In this document: positions 37,822 through 51,794 of the stretch, piece by piece | Position numbering within the stretch: position 1 is the first letter of the stretch | How the letters are laid out: the number at the start of each line of letters is the position of its first letter | NCBI RefSeq assembly: GCF_006345805.1 | Contig: NC_043012.1 | Location: 4,030,001-4,094,000, forward strand | Reading direction: 5' to 3' | Length of the DNA stretch: 64,000 nucleotides | Origin: Octopus sinensis | Lineage: Eukaryota | Program-made: the position numbers and the translations under genes | The notes under the pieces: model-generated | What the model saw: the letters and a program-made list of their open reading frames with translations, nothing else | Databases searched by the model: none | What the model was told of the DNA's origin: nothing

Positions 37822-39181
37822 TTGTGTGTAGGTGTCTTCCTTCTAGGTGGTCATAGTGGTCAAAGACTGGTATCTTATCAATCAATTGCAAGTGAGATAA
37901 TTGATATTGTTGTTTATTATATTTGATTTTGCTGGCAACCATTGCTGCTGTTGTTGTTGTTGCAGTTGTTGTCGGTGGTGTTAATTTTTGCAACTGTCTT
38001 TTCTGCTAATGCTGTAACAGCTGTTGATATATATATATATATATATATATATAATACATATACATATAGATTCATACATACACACACATATGCACACACA
38101 CTAAAAATGTATATATGTATATATATATATATACACACACACATACATACACATATATATATATGCATATACCTATGTATGTAAATGTATATGTGTATGT
38201 GTATATATATATATATACACATACACATATACATTTACATACATAGGTATATGCATATATATATATGTGTATGTATATATATATATATTCATATATCATC
38301 ATCATCATCATCATTGTTGTCATTTAGCATCTGCTCTCCATGATGGCATGGGTTACACAGTTTGACTGGAACTGGTAATATATAACTGGTATATATGTGT
38401 GTGTGTGTATACATACATATATGCATATATGTGTATGTGTGTATGTGTATATATGTGTATGTGTGTATGTGTATATATGTGTGTGTGTATATGTATTCAT
38501 TTATAATAGTGTGCAAACAATTATGTATTTATACATGAAAGAAGTGACCTTTGACAGGACACATTACATGCTAGAAAGGGCAGTCATATATCCTTCCCCT
38601 CCTCCTCCTCCTCCTCCTCATCATCATCATCATCATCATTTAGCATCTGCTTTCCATGTTGGCATGAGTTAGACAGTTTGACTGGAACTAGAAAGCCAGA
38701 GAGCGGCACAGGTACTGGGCTTACAAAGAATAAATCCTGGGGTTGGTTTGCTTGACTATAGGCCGTGCTCCAGCATGGCCGCAGTCAAATGACTAAAACA
38801 AATCAAAGAAAAAAAGAACAAAAGAATATATATATATTTTATTTAGATTTTTAGTCACATGACACGTTCTTTAGTCGATTTTATACACCTTCTTGATAGG
38901 CTGTTCTATTTATTTGTATTTTTATTTGCATAATATTTTTTTACTTTCTGTGTTTATATATGTGTTCCTTTTATATGTTTAAGGCCATGGTAATATTTAC
39001 ATATGATCAGATGTATGGAAGCGTGGTGTTGTATAAAGTTGACTCGAATTTGATGTTTGTTCTCCAATCAATGTTCTTTTTTTTATCTCTCTTAATTTCA
39101 TTTGAGCACTTCTTTTTTGCAGTCTTATAAACTCTTTTGTCTCCATAAAAAGAGACAAAAACTATCTCTTGTCGTATATAT

Positions 39182-39353
39182 AGGTGTAACAGTGGCTGTG
39201 TGGTAAGTAGCTTGCTTACGAACCACATGGTTCCGGGTTTAGTCCCACTGCGTGGCACCTTGGGCAAGTGTCTACTGCTATAGCCTCAGGCCGACCAAAG
39301 CCTTGTGAGTGGATTTGGTAGACGGAAACTGAAAGAAGCCCGTCGTATATATG

Positions 39354-39388
<35 letters not shown>

Positions 39389-39483
39389 TTGTGTGTCAGT
39401 GTTTGTCCCTCCAACATCGCTTGACAACCGATGGTGGTGTGTTTATGTCCCCGTAACTTAGCGGTTTGGCAAAATAGACCGAC
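39182..39483 (+). mobile_element. SINE family A, 3'-truncated
   Basis: Head through aacttagcggtttggcaaaatagaccga, then a (CAG)n-like tract. Confidence 0.85.
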
Positions 39484-40169
39484 AGCAGTACCAGCAGCAG
39501 CAGCAGCAGCAGCAATAGTAACATCATCAACATCAGCAATATCATCGCCAACAACTGCAGCAACAGCAATAACAACCACAATTACTGTAGCAACAGTTAA
39601 TAACAACAGCAGCAGTAGTTTCCTGTATTCAGTAGGGAAGTGTTTCGCACACTAAATGTTACTAAGAAAATATAAAAACACAAGGGATGAACTAATTAGT
39701 GAAAGTCTTTGTCTCTATGTGGTCACATGACTCACTAGAAATAGCAGTCAAATATCCCTCAAATCTCAACCTAGTATCTTTTCCATAGGTTTTTTACAAG
39801 TACATTCTACATATCTCACCGCCAAATGTTTGGCTGCTATTTCTAGCACGCCCTGCTACCACGTAACAGGTATTTCGGGTCCTTTATCACAAATAGGGCA
39901 TGCAAGAAATAGCGGCCAAATCTTTCCTTTTCTGGGGAAAGGAGCCACTTACATGTGATTTCGATGTCATTCGTTGAAAGTATGCAAAACAACCTGGAAA
40001 AGAAAAGAAAAACACGAAACAAAAGTCCAGTGTTGTGTTTATGTCCTTAAAATGAAGGATTACTCAATACTTATTGTAAATTACATGTTGATTATTCTTT
40101 TACAAAAATAGTTTTGACCTGCTTAGCCTTGATCTAATGAAGTCACAGTCAACACTGTTCTTGTTTATA

Positions 40170-40217
40170 TAATATAATAATAATATTAATATAATAATAA
40201 TAGTAATAATAATAATA

Positions 40218-40264
<47 letters not shown>

Positions 40265-40411
40265 TTAATAATATATAATAGTAATAATAATAGTAATAAT
40301 AATAATAATAATAATAGTAATAATAATAATAATAATATAATAATAATAATAATAATAGTAATAATAATAATAATAATAATAATATTAATAATAATAATAG
40401 TAATAATAATA

Positions 40412-40443
<32 letters not shown>

Positions 40444-40525
40444 TATTAATAATAATAATAATAGTAATAATAATAATAAAATAATAGTAATAATAATAAT
40501 AATAATAATAGTAATAATAATAATA

Positions 40526-40579
<54 letters not shown>

Positions 40580-40638
40580 TTAATAATAATAATAATAGTA
40601 ATAATAATAATAATAATAATAGTAATAATAATAATAAT

Positions 40639-40724
<86 letters not shown>

Positions 40725-40758
40725 CAACAACAACAATAATGATGATGATGATGATGAT
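40170..40758. repeat. ~590-bp (TAA)n microsatellite
   Basis: Direct reading. Confidence 0.95.
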
Positions 40759-41128
40759 AACAAGAGCACTCAGAGAGCATAAACCTCTGCCAAGGCAACA
40801 TAAATGTCTTCTCAACATTTAGCTACAGATAATTTTAAAAACGAGAATATCTGAAAGAAACTCAATTGCTCTAACAAATGAGAATACTAAAAATGGACCC
40901 AATCGCTCTCAAAAATTAAGTAAAAAAAAAACAGGAAAAATAATCCAGAATCCTTGTCTGGTATTGGATCAATCCCAAAATCTAATCAGTTCGTGCCAGT
41001 CATGAGGCCAAACATTCCTGAAAGTTTCATCTGAAGCCATCCAGCAGTTCTTGAGATATCTTGTCCATGGACAAACAAACAAACACGACTGAAAACAATA
41101 CCTCCACCTTCACTAAGGCGGAGATAAT
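40759..41128 (-). mobile_element. Helentron-associated non-autonomous element (DINE-1/HINE-like)
   Basis: Subterminal acctccgcc-like IRs at both ends, (GTTT)n tract near the 5' end, 3' stem-loop ctctctgagtgctcttgtt, no TSD seen. Confidence 0.7.
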
Positions 41129-41859
41129 AATAATAATGTATATTATTGTGTGTTATATATATATATCATAATGTATATATATATATGTAAACCCAAGACT
41201 AAGGTGTCACACAGTAAAATCAAACCCCAAACCATGTGTTTGCAAAGCAGACTTCTTAACCAAAGAGCTATACATGCATCTAGGATTGCTTGTGGCAGTG
41301 TGCAGGTAGTGAAATTTGGCTCATAAAATAGCATTTTGTGAAATTTCCATATAGACCTGTACATTTTTTGGCACTATCAATGTTAAAACTGCATTAAACT
41401 TCAACCAAGTTAGGTGTGAACCAGTTTCACGCCAAAATTGGAAACAGAAGGCAGAAATTTCATCCAAGTTAATTGATATAAACATTAAAAGAGCCAATTT
41501 TAGATAGCATATGCCATTAGCTGGCCCATTGCTTTATCTGTCACAAACTGGTGTTTATAATAAATTTAGCTGGCATTAGAAATTAACTAAGATGGCCTAT
41601 AAACTAGCAGCTGGGTAAATGCAGACATATTTAGAAATGTGGTGGGCATAATAACTTTAATTAATGGGGTTTAATGGGCGTTGGGGCTGAATTTGACAGT
41701 TTGTATAATAGGAAAAACAAACACAATATCCCGCCCAAACATAAAAGTATTTTAAAAAATCGAAAAATATCAACTAGATTACTCAGAGTAGCTGCTCTCA
41801 GCTCCCACCATGGCTTCAAGACAGTTCCAGAATCTGGCACATGTATTCCCTGGGAAGAT

Positions 41860-42144
41860 CAACAGCAACAACAACAACAACAAAAGCAGTATCAGCAGCA
41901 GCAACAGCAATAACAGCAGCAATAATAACAGCAGCAACAACAACAACAGCAACAACAACAACAACAGCAACAACAAAAACAACAACAGCAGCAGCAGCAG
42001 CAGCAACAACAACAACAACAACAATAACAGCAGCAGCAACAGCAGCAGCAGCAGCAGCAACAACAACAACAACAACAACAACAATAACAGCAGCAGTAGC
42101 AACAGCAGCAGTAGCAACAGCAGCAGCAGCAACATTATCATCAT

Positions 42145-42188
<44 letters not shown>

Positions 42189-42220
42189 ATAACAACAACA
42201 GCAGCATCAGCAGCAACATC
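41860..42220. repeat. Compound (CAA/CAG/CAT)n trinucleotide tract
   Basis: Direct reading. Confidence 0.9.
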
Positions 42221-43030
42221 AGGATCATTGCATTACTGATGAGCATATTAGCTTGCAGAGCTGAATCCAAGTCCTTCCCTGTTCAGATTCTGCCGAAGGT
42301 TGCGCCCTGTCTGTTTGGCGCTGCCAAAGATAGAAGATGCACCCCAAGACAAAGCCATTAAGTGGTGCCTCTATGCTTCTACAAATCAGCTGAAGTGGTA
42401 AGGAGGATGATTCTAGGACACCCATGGTTAATCAGAACCATCCTCTTCATAGTCATCACCAGCTCTATTACCAGCACCACCACCACCACCGCCACCACCA
42501 CTATCAGTAAAGCAGAAGCAGCAGCACTACCACCACCACCACCACCAAAGCAGCAGCAGCAGAAGCAGGAGCAGCAGTAGCAGCAGCAGTAGTAGCAGCA
42601 GTAGCAGCAGGAACAGCACCATCACCACCAGCAAAGCAGCATCACCACCACCACCACCACCACCACCACCACCACCATCACCACCACCACCCCAACAACA
42701 ACAACAGCCCCCATCCCCCCCCCCCCCCGCCAAACCACAACCACTATTCCCACCACCACTACATCTCGCCTTTTCTTCAAAATTACGTGAGATCTATTCC
42801 TCTGCCCATTCATATATTTGTTTTGGAATACCATTGTTTTAGGGATTGACAGAAATCCAAACAGCGCTGCACGAAATGGCTTCTGATATTTGTACTTGCT
42901 TTTTTCAAATCCTGTTGGGGTCAACTTTGCCTGATAAAGACAAAATGCCAGTCAAGTATTGGGGTCAATGATATCGGCTAACATCTTTTCCTCCCCCACA
43001 TTTCAGTTCTTTTACCCATGTTAGAAGCAT

Positions 43031-43647
43031 TTATTACCTCCACCCTAGTGAAGGCAGAGGTGTTGTTTTCAGTCATGTTTGTTTGTCTGTGGACAAGATA
43101 TCTTAAGAACCATTGGATGGATTTGGATGAAACTTTCAGGGATATTTGGCCTTGTGACTGGCACAAACTGATTAGATTTTGGGATCAATCTGGTAATGGA
43201 TAAAGATTCTGGATTATTTTTCCTGATTTTTTTTTACTTAATTTTTGGGAGCAGTCAGGTTCATTTTTAAAACTCTCGTTTTTGAGAGCAGTCAAGTTTA
43301 TTTCAGATATTCTCATTTTAAAAATCATCTCTGGCTAATTGTTGAGAGGACGTTGGTGTTGCCTTGGTGGAGGTTTGTACTCTTTGAGTGCTCTTGTTAC
43401 CGCCGCCTTAGCAAAGTCGGAGGTATTGTTTTCAGTTGTGTGTGGACAAAATATCTCAAGAACTGCTGAATGGATTTGGATGAAATTTTTAGGTATGTTT
43501 GACCTCGTAACTGGCACAAACTGATTACATTTTGGGATCAATCCGTTACTGAACAAGGATTCTGGATTATTTTTCTTGCTTTTTTACTTAATTTTGGGGA
43601 GCGGTTGGGTTCGTTTTTAGTATTCCCATTTATGAGAGCAGTCAAGT
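43031..43647 (+). mobile_element. HINE-like element: full copy (43031-43398) plus head-to-tail partial second copy
   Basis: ttattacctccacc...ggtggaggtttgtactctttgagtgctcttgtt|accgccgcc junction; homologous to the reverse complement of 40759-41128. Confidence 0.75.
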
Positions 43648-43677
43648 GTGTGTGTGTGTGTGTATAAACACATGCAT

Positions 43678-43708
<31 letters not shown>

Positions 43709-44394
43709 TATATGTAATAATGAAAGCAGGAATTGAAAATAAAAGAGTAAACAAGGGAAAACAAAGAAAGCGAGAAAGAGTGTCAGAAAGAGAGAAATAC
43801 TAGAGAGAGAGAGAGTAAGAGAAGAGAGAAAGAGACAGTGCAGTAAGAACAATATATGAAAAGCATGACTAAATGGCTATCAATTAGCTTCAGTTAATTC
43901 TTTTGTCCTAGTTTTTACCATTATTTGAAACTAGTCTACCAAATTCTGGTGTGACGTCAAATTATATACAACAGGTCCAGGAGAAATTATTCCAAATGTG
44001 TCATTTCGTTTTCCTGTCTTGATCTTTGTTTTGATTTATTTCTGTGTGTTTGTAAAGTAACTTTATGTTTCTGCTGTGAAATTAGAGGAGGAAATGAAAA
44101 GAAAAAATATAGAAAGGGGGAAATTTAGTTAAATAGTTGGTAGTGGTAGCAGTGGTGGTGGTGGTGGTGATGACGATGATGATGGGGGTAGTGCTGGTGA
44201 CAGTGATAGTGGTGTGGAAGGACATTGAATCAAAGTTGGTAGGTACCAAGTGTTCAGATTCACTGCAAGTATATATGTACTTATACAGGGGCCACACCGG
44301 GCTCCATTTATCTGTTTTGGCATGGTTTCTATAGCTGGATGCCTTTCCTAATGCCAACCCTTTTACAGAGTGTACTGGATGTTTTTTACATGAC

Positions 44395-44920
44395 AGGGTG
44401 CAAAGAGCACCATACGAGCGTGATTATTGACAGAGCGGCTAATCAGCTTCCATTCCAGTGGCACTTAAAGGGCACCATTAGAGCGTGATCGTTACCAGTG
44501 TCGCCTTACTGGCACTTTTCCCATGCTAGTAGGGTACCAAGAGCGCCATCCAAGCGTGATCATTGCCAGAGCAGCCAACTAGCTTCCATGCCAGTGGGCA
44601 CGTAAAAGGGCACCATTCGAGCATGATCGTTACCAAAGTCGCCTTCTAGCACCTGTGCTGGTGGCATGTATAAAAGGATTCGAGCGAGGTTGTTGCCAGT
44701 ACCGCCTGACTGGCCCCTGTGCTGGTGGCACGTAAAAAGCACTCACTACACTCTCAGAATGGTTGGTGTTAGGAAGGGCATCCAGCTGTAGAAACTCTGC
44801 CAAATCAAGACTGGAGCCTGGTGCAGCCATCTGGTTTGCCAGCCCTCAGTCAAAATCGTCCAACCCATGCTAGCATGGAAAGCAGACATTAAACGACGAT
44901 GATGATGATGATGATGATGA
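44395..44920 (+). mobile_element. Family C RTE 3' UTR with dimeric higher-order module array
   Basis: Alternating units with loops agcggctaa/agcagccaa and tgtcgcctta/agtcgcctt, then the conserved tail. Confidence 0.85.
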
Positions 44921-45386
44921 CCAGTACCGGTGCTTTTTACATGTGTTTGGCACTGGTATCAATTCTGCTATGGTGGATGGTTCTTCTTGAGTACAGCAAG
45001 GCACCACACACACGCACACACACAATGTTCAAATTCACTGCAAATATTCTATTGTAACGCTAGCCAGGGCACTCAATTTTGCATGCCTCAAATCTTGATC
45101 AATCAAAGTCTTAAATCAAGATCAATCAAAAGAATCATGAACCACCAATGAAAGACAGGGCTTCTAATTGGTTGCTTGACCAGCTAGAAATAGTAACCAA
45201 ATCTCTCTCAAATCATCTGACCATCTAAGTTAAAAGGGCATTGTAGTCCTAAACACCCTTAAAAAAAATGGGGTGGTTATAATTAGTCTGTTTGAGCAGG
45301 GTTGACTTGCAGCTAAACAGCAACAACTTTGGTTTACTCAGTTTACTTACACTCTGGGTAGGACTCTAAACTTTCAGGTATTTCAG

Positions 45387-45458
45387 TTCACAGTGGTTTA
45401 GTCGCTAAGACTCCTGGTCTGTCACCTGGTGGCCCAGGTTCAATTCTTGGTATGGGAA
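45387..45458 (+). pseudogene. tRNA-Glu-like pseudogene (72 nt)
   Basis: gtggtttagtcgctaagactcctggt...ggcccaggttcaattcttggtatgggaa follows the tRNA-Glu body; acceptor and anticodon stems broken. Confidence 0.65.
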
Positions 45459-45472
45459 CACAATTATTTATA

Positions 45473-45830
45473 GGCTCAGGTGTGGCTGTGTGGTAAGAAG
45501 TTTGCTTCTCAGCCACAGGATTCTAGATTCCATCCTACTGCATGGTTCCCTGAGGAAGTGACTTCTACTATAGCCCCCAGGCGGAACAAAGCCTTCTGGG
45601 TGGATTTGGTAGAAGGAAACTGAAGGAAGCCAATCATACCTCTGTGTGTGTATGTGTGTGTGTGTGTGTGTGCGTGTGCGTGTGTGTGTGTGTGTGCATT
45701 CCCCACAACCACTTTACTGTTGATGTTGGTTTGTTTACATCCCTTTGATGTAGAAGTTTGGCATAAGAGACCAATAGAATAAATGCCAGGTTAAAAAAAA
45801 AAGTACTGACATTGATTTGTTCAACTAAAA
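45473..45830 (+). mobile_element. SINE family A, old diverged copy
   Basis: gtggctgtgtggtaagaagtttgctt head, ggatttggtagaaggaaactga block, (TG)n. Confidence 0.75.
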
Positions 45831-46139
45831 CTCTTTTACTCTTTTATTCCAGTTTCATGGATGAGATTAGGAGAGGAGAGAAATAAAAATCTCCCTCCAC
45901 TCCTGATAGTACACACTGGCAAATTGGATGTGGCATTTCCTCCATCCTCACCCAAAATAGATCTCAACCACTGAACTGCTGGACTGTGGTCATACTTTTA
46001 TTTCTTTCAGCCACTGGACAGTGGTCATACCCCCCCTACCCACTCATGTCACCACTTAGTCTTCCACATCTACTCTTTGCACCACTTAGTCTGTAAACCT
46101 GCTTCCAACCTAATGGTCAAATATTCATTCTCCAGCATA

Positions 46140-46350
46140 TCATGGCTTGGCTTTGCGAATGAAGATTAGGAAGGTTGTCCATGTCGTCTGCAGGCACACT
46201 CATGACTGACAAGTCCGATGTGGGAAAGGCAGGTCCGTGAGAAGTGTCCACAGATGAAGGTAACATCCAGTGTGGTGTCAGAGGTGGCTCGGGCCTTCCT
46301 CCTGCATCTCTTGATTTTATGCACGTCTCTTTGTGTAGCTGAAAGATATA
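46140..46350 (-). mobile_element. RTE/BovB-like LINE 3' end
   Basis: Minus: KRCRRKARATSDTTLDVTFICGHFSRTCLSHIGLVSHECAC (terminal Cys/His finger-like motif), short 3' UTR. Confidence 0.65.
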
Positions 46351-47110
46351 TGTATGTGCTTCAAACTCGTACCATTTCTTTTCTTGCTTCTTTTATTTTG
46401 CCTCTTACTCTAGTTTGAAATAGGGTTCACCTCTTTTCCTTTGTCTTTTTTTTTCAATGTAAAATTCACTTTGCACAACTTTCGTTTTTCATTTTTCTCA
46501 TGTTTACATTTCGTCAGTCACACTTCAAATATTTATTCTACCTGTTATCCTTCTTAAAGTATGCCTGGTCGTCTTTAAAAAAACAAGAAAAGGAGTCAAA
46601 GTAGCACAGCTGCTGAATTGATGACACCTATTGAGACAGAGATTACAGGATTTGAATCTGGCTCAGTAATTAAAAAGGTTGAGAATAGCTGTTCTAGAGG
46701 GTACAAGATTGGGGCAAGAGGGATTTTGTTGTGGCACCAGTATATATGGTGGGGTGAGGGATATTGTACACCATAAGTTTAGAGAAAGGAAATCTCAGTA
46801 CCATCTTTTATACCTCTTGATGAATAGAGGACTCCAGTTACCAAAGTACCAACTGTTCTCCAATAGGTTTCCTTCCAGACCTATAGTAGTAGAAATGTCC
46901 AGTGTCCTGGGCCCCACATCATCTCTCTACCCATTCTGATCAGGAAAGAGATTACCATTGACAGGAACGAGCTCTACAAGGTGGAACTGGCTCTTTCTGT
47001 ACACCACCCAAGCCATTCTTCAAGGTTAGTCATTCACCTTTTTGTCTTCTGGAACATCAGACATTTGCACGACATGCTGTAATATATTTTCAATAAACAA
47101 CTTTATTTAT

Positions 47111-47177
47111 CACCATCACCACCACCACCACCACTACCAACACCACCACCAACACCCTCCCCCTCGTCGTCGTCGTC

Positions 47178-47217
<40 letters not shown>

Positions 47218-47288
47218 TCATCATCATCATCACCATCACCACCACCACCACCACCACCACTACCAACACCACCACCAACACCCTCCCC

Positions 47289-47349
<61 letters not shown>

Positions 47350-47402
47350 TCATCATCATCATCACCATCACCACCACCACCACCACTACCACCACCACCA
47401 CC

Positions 47403-47447
<45 letters not shown>
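47111..47447. repeat. Compound (CAC)n/(CGT)n/(CAT)n tract, duplicated as a ~120-135-bp unit
   Basis: caccactaccaacaccaccaccaacaccctccccct(cgt)n(cat)n occurs twice. Confidence 0.9.
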
Positions 47448-47448
<1 letters not shown>

Positions 47449-48394
47449 ATTACAGATAAGTACACCACTATCAATTCGCCACAGGGAAAGTTCACTGTCA
47501 TCAATTCACTGTGAAGAAAGTTCACTGTGAGAAAAGTTCACTGAGAAAATATATCTGTAGCATCTCACCATTAATAGTTAAAAACTATTTTATTGAAAAA
47601 AAAAAAAGAAAAAAAAAACCGGTGATTTGATGATGGTGAACTTACTGGATATGATCATGATCATTATTTACCATTCTCATTTCCATGCTTTCATATGTCA
47701 GATGTAATTTGCTGAGGTAGATTTTTATGGCTGGATACTCTTCCTGTCACCAACTGTCACCTGTTCCCAAATAAGCTAATATCTTTCCCATAGCAAGACA
47801 TGTTTTCACAGAAGACTGGAGATGAACTAGCTTACTTGTATGATGATGATGATGCGCATTTACAACTATTACTTGACGTCTAGACATAAGGGTACGCATA
47901 AACACATCCACACACACACACACACAGCTATATGTGTGTGTGTATGAAAGGCTTCTTTTAGTTCCCTTCTACCAAATCCATTCACTAGGCATTGGTCATC
48001 CCAGGGCTATAGCAGAAGAAACTTGCCCAAGGTTTGCATACTGAGTTTGAACCAAAGACCATATGGTTGGGAAGCAATCTTCTCAAAACAATGCATGAAA
48101 ATAACATCTCTCACTTGAAAATAACTAGAATTAATACCTACATATATAATTTTTTTTAAACTTTTCCATACCAACTCACCTGAGACTATCCTGGTTCTGT
48201 GATATAAACTTCCTGATTTAAAGAGATTTATTTTAAAATATTCCATCAAAATTTCATATTAACTCTTTTACTGTGGAGAGTGGGTATATCCATTCAAAAT
48301 TTCATAACCCTTAACTACAGAAAGCAGTTTATATACCGGTCTATGTTTTGTTGAGGAGTGTCATGTTTGAAATTATTTACCAATGAAATATACT

Positions 48395-48796
48395 GTTTTA
48401 CTTGTTTCAGTCATGTGACTGTGGCCATGCTGGAGCACCGCCTTTAGTCGAGCAAATCAACCCCAGGACTTATTCTTTGTAAGCCTAGTACATATTCCAT
48501 CAGTCTCTTTTGCCGAACTGCTAAGTTACGGAGACGGAAACACACCATCATCGGCTGTCAAGCGATGTTGGGGGGAAGGACAAACACAGACACACAAACA
48601 CACACACACATATATATATATATACATATATATGACAGGCTTCTTTCAGTTTCCGTCTACCAAATCCACTCACAAGGCTTTGGTTGGTCCGAAGCTATAG
48701 TAGAAGACACTTGCCCAAGGTACCACACAGTGGGACTGAACCCGGAAGCATATGGCTCGTAAGCAAGCTACTTACCACACAGCCACTCCTACGCCT
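48395..48796 (-). mobile_element. SINE family A
   Basis: Full reverse-complement copy. Confidence 0.9.
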
Positions 48797-49709
48797 ACAA
48801 TGTGAAGTTTAATGAATGAAACAGTGTGGCTAATATCCTCTGCACCCAACTCATTTCCTATCTCTAATCATCTGTTACACTATTTTCACTCAATGCACTT
48901 ACTTACACATTGACCTTCTCTGCTCTTCTATCTTATTCTTTCTCTTATGCATTTTGTGTCTGGACCTCACATCTCTTTCTTTCTCTCTCTCTCACTTTCT
49001 TAGTTGAGTAAGCTATGGATCCATCTCTTCAGCAAGACACCTGCTCCACTCTCTCTATCATAGTTTCTTATTCCGCCAGTCTGTACCCAGCTCATTTGAG
49101 GGGTCTTATCTTGCAGGTACTGGGTAACTTCACTGGCACTGGTGCCATGTAAAAAAGCACCCAGTACATTCTGTTAAGTGGTTGGAGTTAGGAAGGGCAC
49201 CCGGCTGTAGAGCCCATGCCAAAGCAGACATAGAACCTGGTGGAGCTCTCTGGCTTGTTTGTTCTTGTCAAATGGTCTAACTCATGCCAGCATGGAAAAG
49301 AGGATGTTAAAATGATGATGATGATGATGATGATGATGACGACGACGAGGAGAGGAGGAGGAGTGTTTAACTTCATTAGTGGTATAGCCATGAAATTAAA
49401 TTTCGCAGGAAAAGGGGTAATGAGGACAAAATTATTTTACTAAATTCTTAATTATTTTAAAAATTAATTAAATCAAAGAGAGTGTATTTCAACAGAAATG
49501 TGTAACAAAAGGGTTAAATGTCTCTCTCACCAAATTTCAAATGTTTGACAACAGACTATATAGTTACAGTTGCTGTTGTTGTTATTTAAACTCAAGGCAG
49601 CTTTGTCTCAAATAAATCTATAATCAATAAGCATTCCAGCTGTGACCATCTTGTCTTTTTTGCAGACAAAATATATACAGGATTACATTATCCAATATAT
49701 TATATTATA

Positions 49710-49766
<57 letters not shown>

Positions 49767-49785
49767 TATTATTATTATTATTAGT

Positions 49786-50129
49786 CACCTTACTAACACT
49801 TGTGCCGGTGGCATGTGAAAAAACATTCGAGCGAGGTCGTTGCCAGTGCTGCTGAACTGGCTCCTGTGCAGTTGGCACGTAAAAAACACCATTTGAGCAT
49901 GGCCATTACCAGTACCGCCTGACTGGCCCTTGTGACAGTGGCACATAAAAGCACCCACTACACTCTCGGAGTGGTTGGTGTTAGGAAGGGCATCCAGCTG
50001 TAGGAAACTCTGCCAGATCAGATTGGAGCCTGGTGCAGCCATCTGGTTTGCCAGTCCTCAGTCAGATCGTCCAACCCATGCTAGCATGGAAAACGAACGT
50101 TAAACGATGATGATGATGATGATGATGAT
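49786..50129 (+). mobile_element. Family C RTE 3' UTR, inserted next to (TTA)n
   Basis: Three modules, conserved tail, (GAT)n. Confidence 0.85.
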
Positions 50130-50138
50130 TGCTGAAGA

Positions 50139-50315
50139 TGGTGAGCTGGTAGAATCGTTAGCACACTGGGCAAAATGCTTAACAGTATTTTATCTGTCGC
50201 TATGTTCTGAGTTCAAATTTCGCTGAGGTTGACTTTGCCTTTCATCCTTTCAAGTTGATAAATTTAGTATCAATCAAGTACTGAGGTCAAGGTAATCGAC
50301 CTACCCCCTCCCCCA
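50139..50315 (+). mobile_element. SINE family B
   Basis: ggtgagctggtagaatcgttagc...gttgactttgcctttcatcc. Confidence 0.8.
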
Positions 50316-50408
50316 ATGGCATATGATTGAATTTGGTTGATAGAAACTGTGTGGAAGCCTGTTGTATTTATGTATATATGTATGTATCTATCTATCTATC
50401 TATATATA

Positions 50409-50439
<31 letters not shown>

Positions 50440-50859
50440 GGCTGCGTGATAAGAAGCTTACTTCCCAACCATATGGTTCTGGGTTCAGTCCCACTGCATG
50501 GTACCTTGGACAAGTGTCTTCTACTATAGCCTTGGGCTAACCACAGCCTTGTGAGTGGATTTGGTAGACAGAAACTGAAAGAAGGGTGTCATATAAATAT
50601 ATATATATATATACACACATACATATATATATATGTATATGTATGTATGTATGTGTGTGTCTGTGTTTGTCCCTCCACCATCGCTTGACAACCAATGTTG
50701 GTGTGTTTATGCCCCCGTAACTTAGTGGTTTAGCAAAAGAGACTGATAGGATAAGTACTAAGCTTACAAAGAATAAGTCCTGGGGTAAATTTATTCGACT
50801 AAAGGCAGTGCTCCAGCATGGCCACAGTCAAATGACTGACGCAAGTAAAAGAGTAAAGA

Positions 50860-50862
<3 letters not shown>
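50440..50862 (+). mobile_element. SINE family A (extra diverged 3' module follows at 50935-51140)
   Basis: Head to tail present. Confidence 0.85.
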
Positions 50863-50911
<49 letters not shown>

Positions 50912-51794
50912 GTATATGTATGTGTTTGTATGTGTGTGTTTGTTCACCTGCCACTGTTTGACAACTGTTGTTTGTTTGTTTACTTCCCTGTAGCTTAGTG
51001 ATTCAGAAAAAGAAACTGATAGAACAAGTATGACACTTAAAAAGTAAGTACTGGTATCAATCTGATACTGATGAAACCTTTCAAGGTAGTGCCCCAGCAT
51101 GGCCACAGTCTAATGACTGCAGCACGTAGAAGATCAAAGATAAAAATGTTTTTAATACAGGAAGTATTTTGAAAAAATGCTAAATAGATTGTTACATTAA
51201 CATAGCAGTTCAACTATAACTAGTTACCGCTACTTAGCTTTGCCAGAAGCTATGAATTTGATTCAGTTAAGTAGTTTAACAATAACTTTTACAGTTACAC
51301 TAATTGATTATGATAGTCAGGGAATGTCCTGCAATACACGTACATTCCTGGTGGGTGTAAGCCACATCCTGGTTTTAATTATTGATTGATTTAGATTATT
51401 GATTGAGTTCAATGAAACAGTTTTTGCATTAAGAAATACAGCTGACATACTTGGAAACAGTCTTTTTGTATATTAGAATCATGTTTACGAATTGATTTTT
51501 TTCTAGATTTGGCAGAATCGTTAGAGTATCAGACAAAATACTTAATGATGTTAGCTATGCCCTACTCCCTTTTTTTTTTCTTTTTTTTTAGTTCTGAGTT
51601 CAAATCCTGCCAACGTCAACTCTATCTTTCTTTCTGATTTGTATAGGAATCCCAGAATGAATATGTTAAATTCACATAAAAATACTGTATACACAGACAT
51701 TGTTGATTATCAAAATTTCCTCTCTGTGGTTTGTCGCATGTAGTGTTGTATATAAAAATGGCTGGATCTCTGCTGGTTTCAACAAGTATTCCAT

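Noticed and set aside
40186-42361. Poly-Ile/Leu and poly-Asn/Ser/Gln ORFs
   Set aside because: Direct translations of (TAA)n and (CAA/CAG)n microsatellites
46690-47040. Possible LINE ORF2 remnant
   Set aside because: No motif could be read convincingly in any frame
47042-47530. Poly-His/Arg and poly-Asp/Gly ORFs
   Set aside because: Compound trinucleotide tract open in several frames; no coding context
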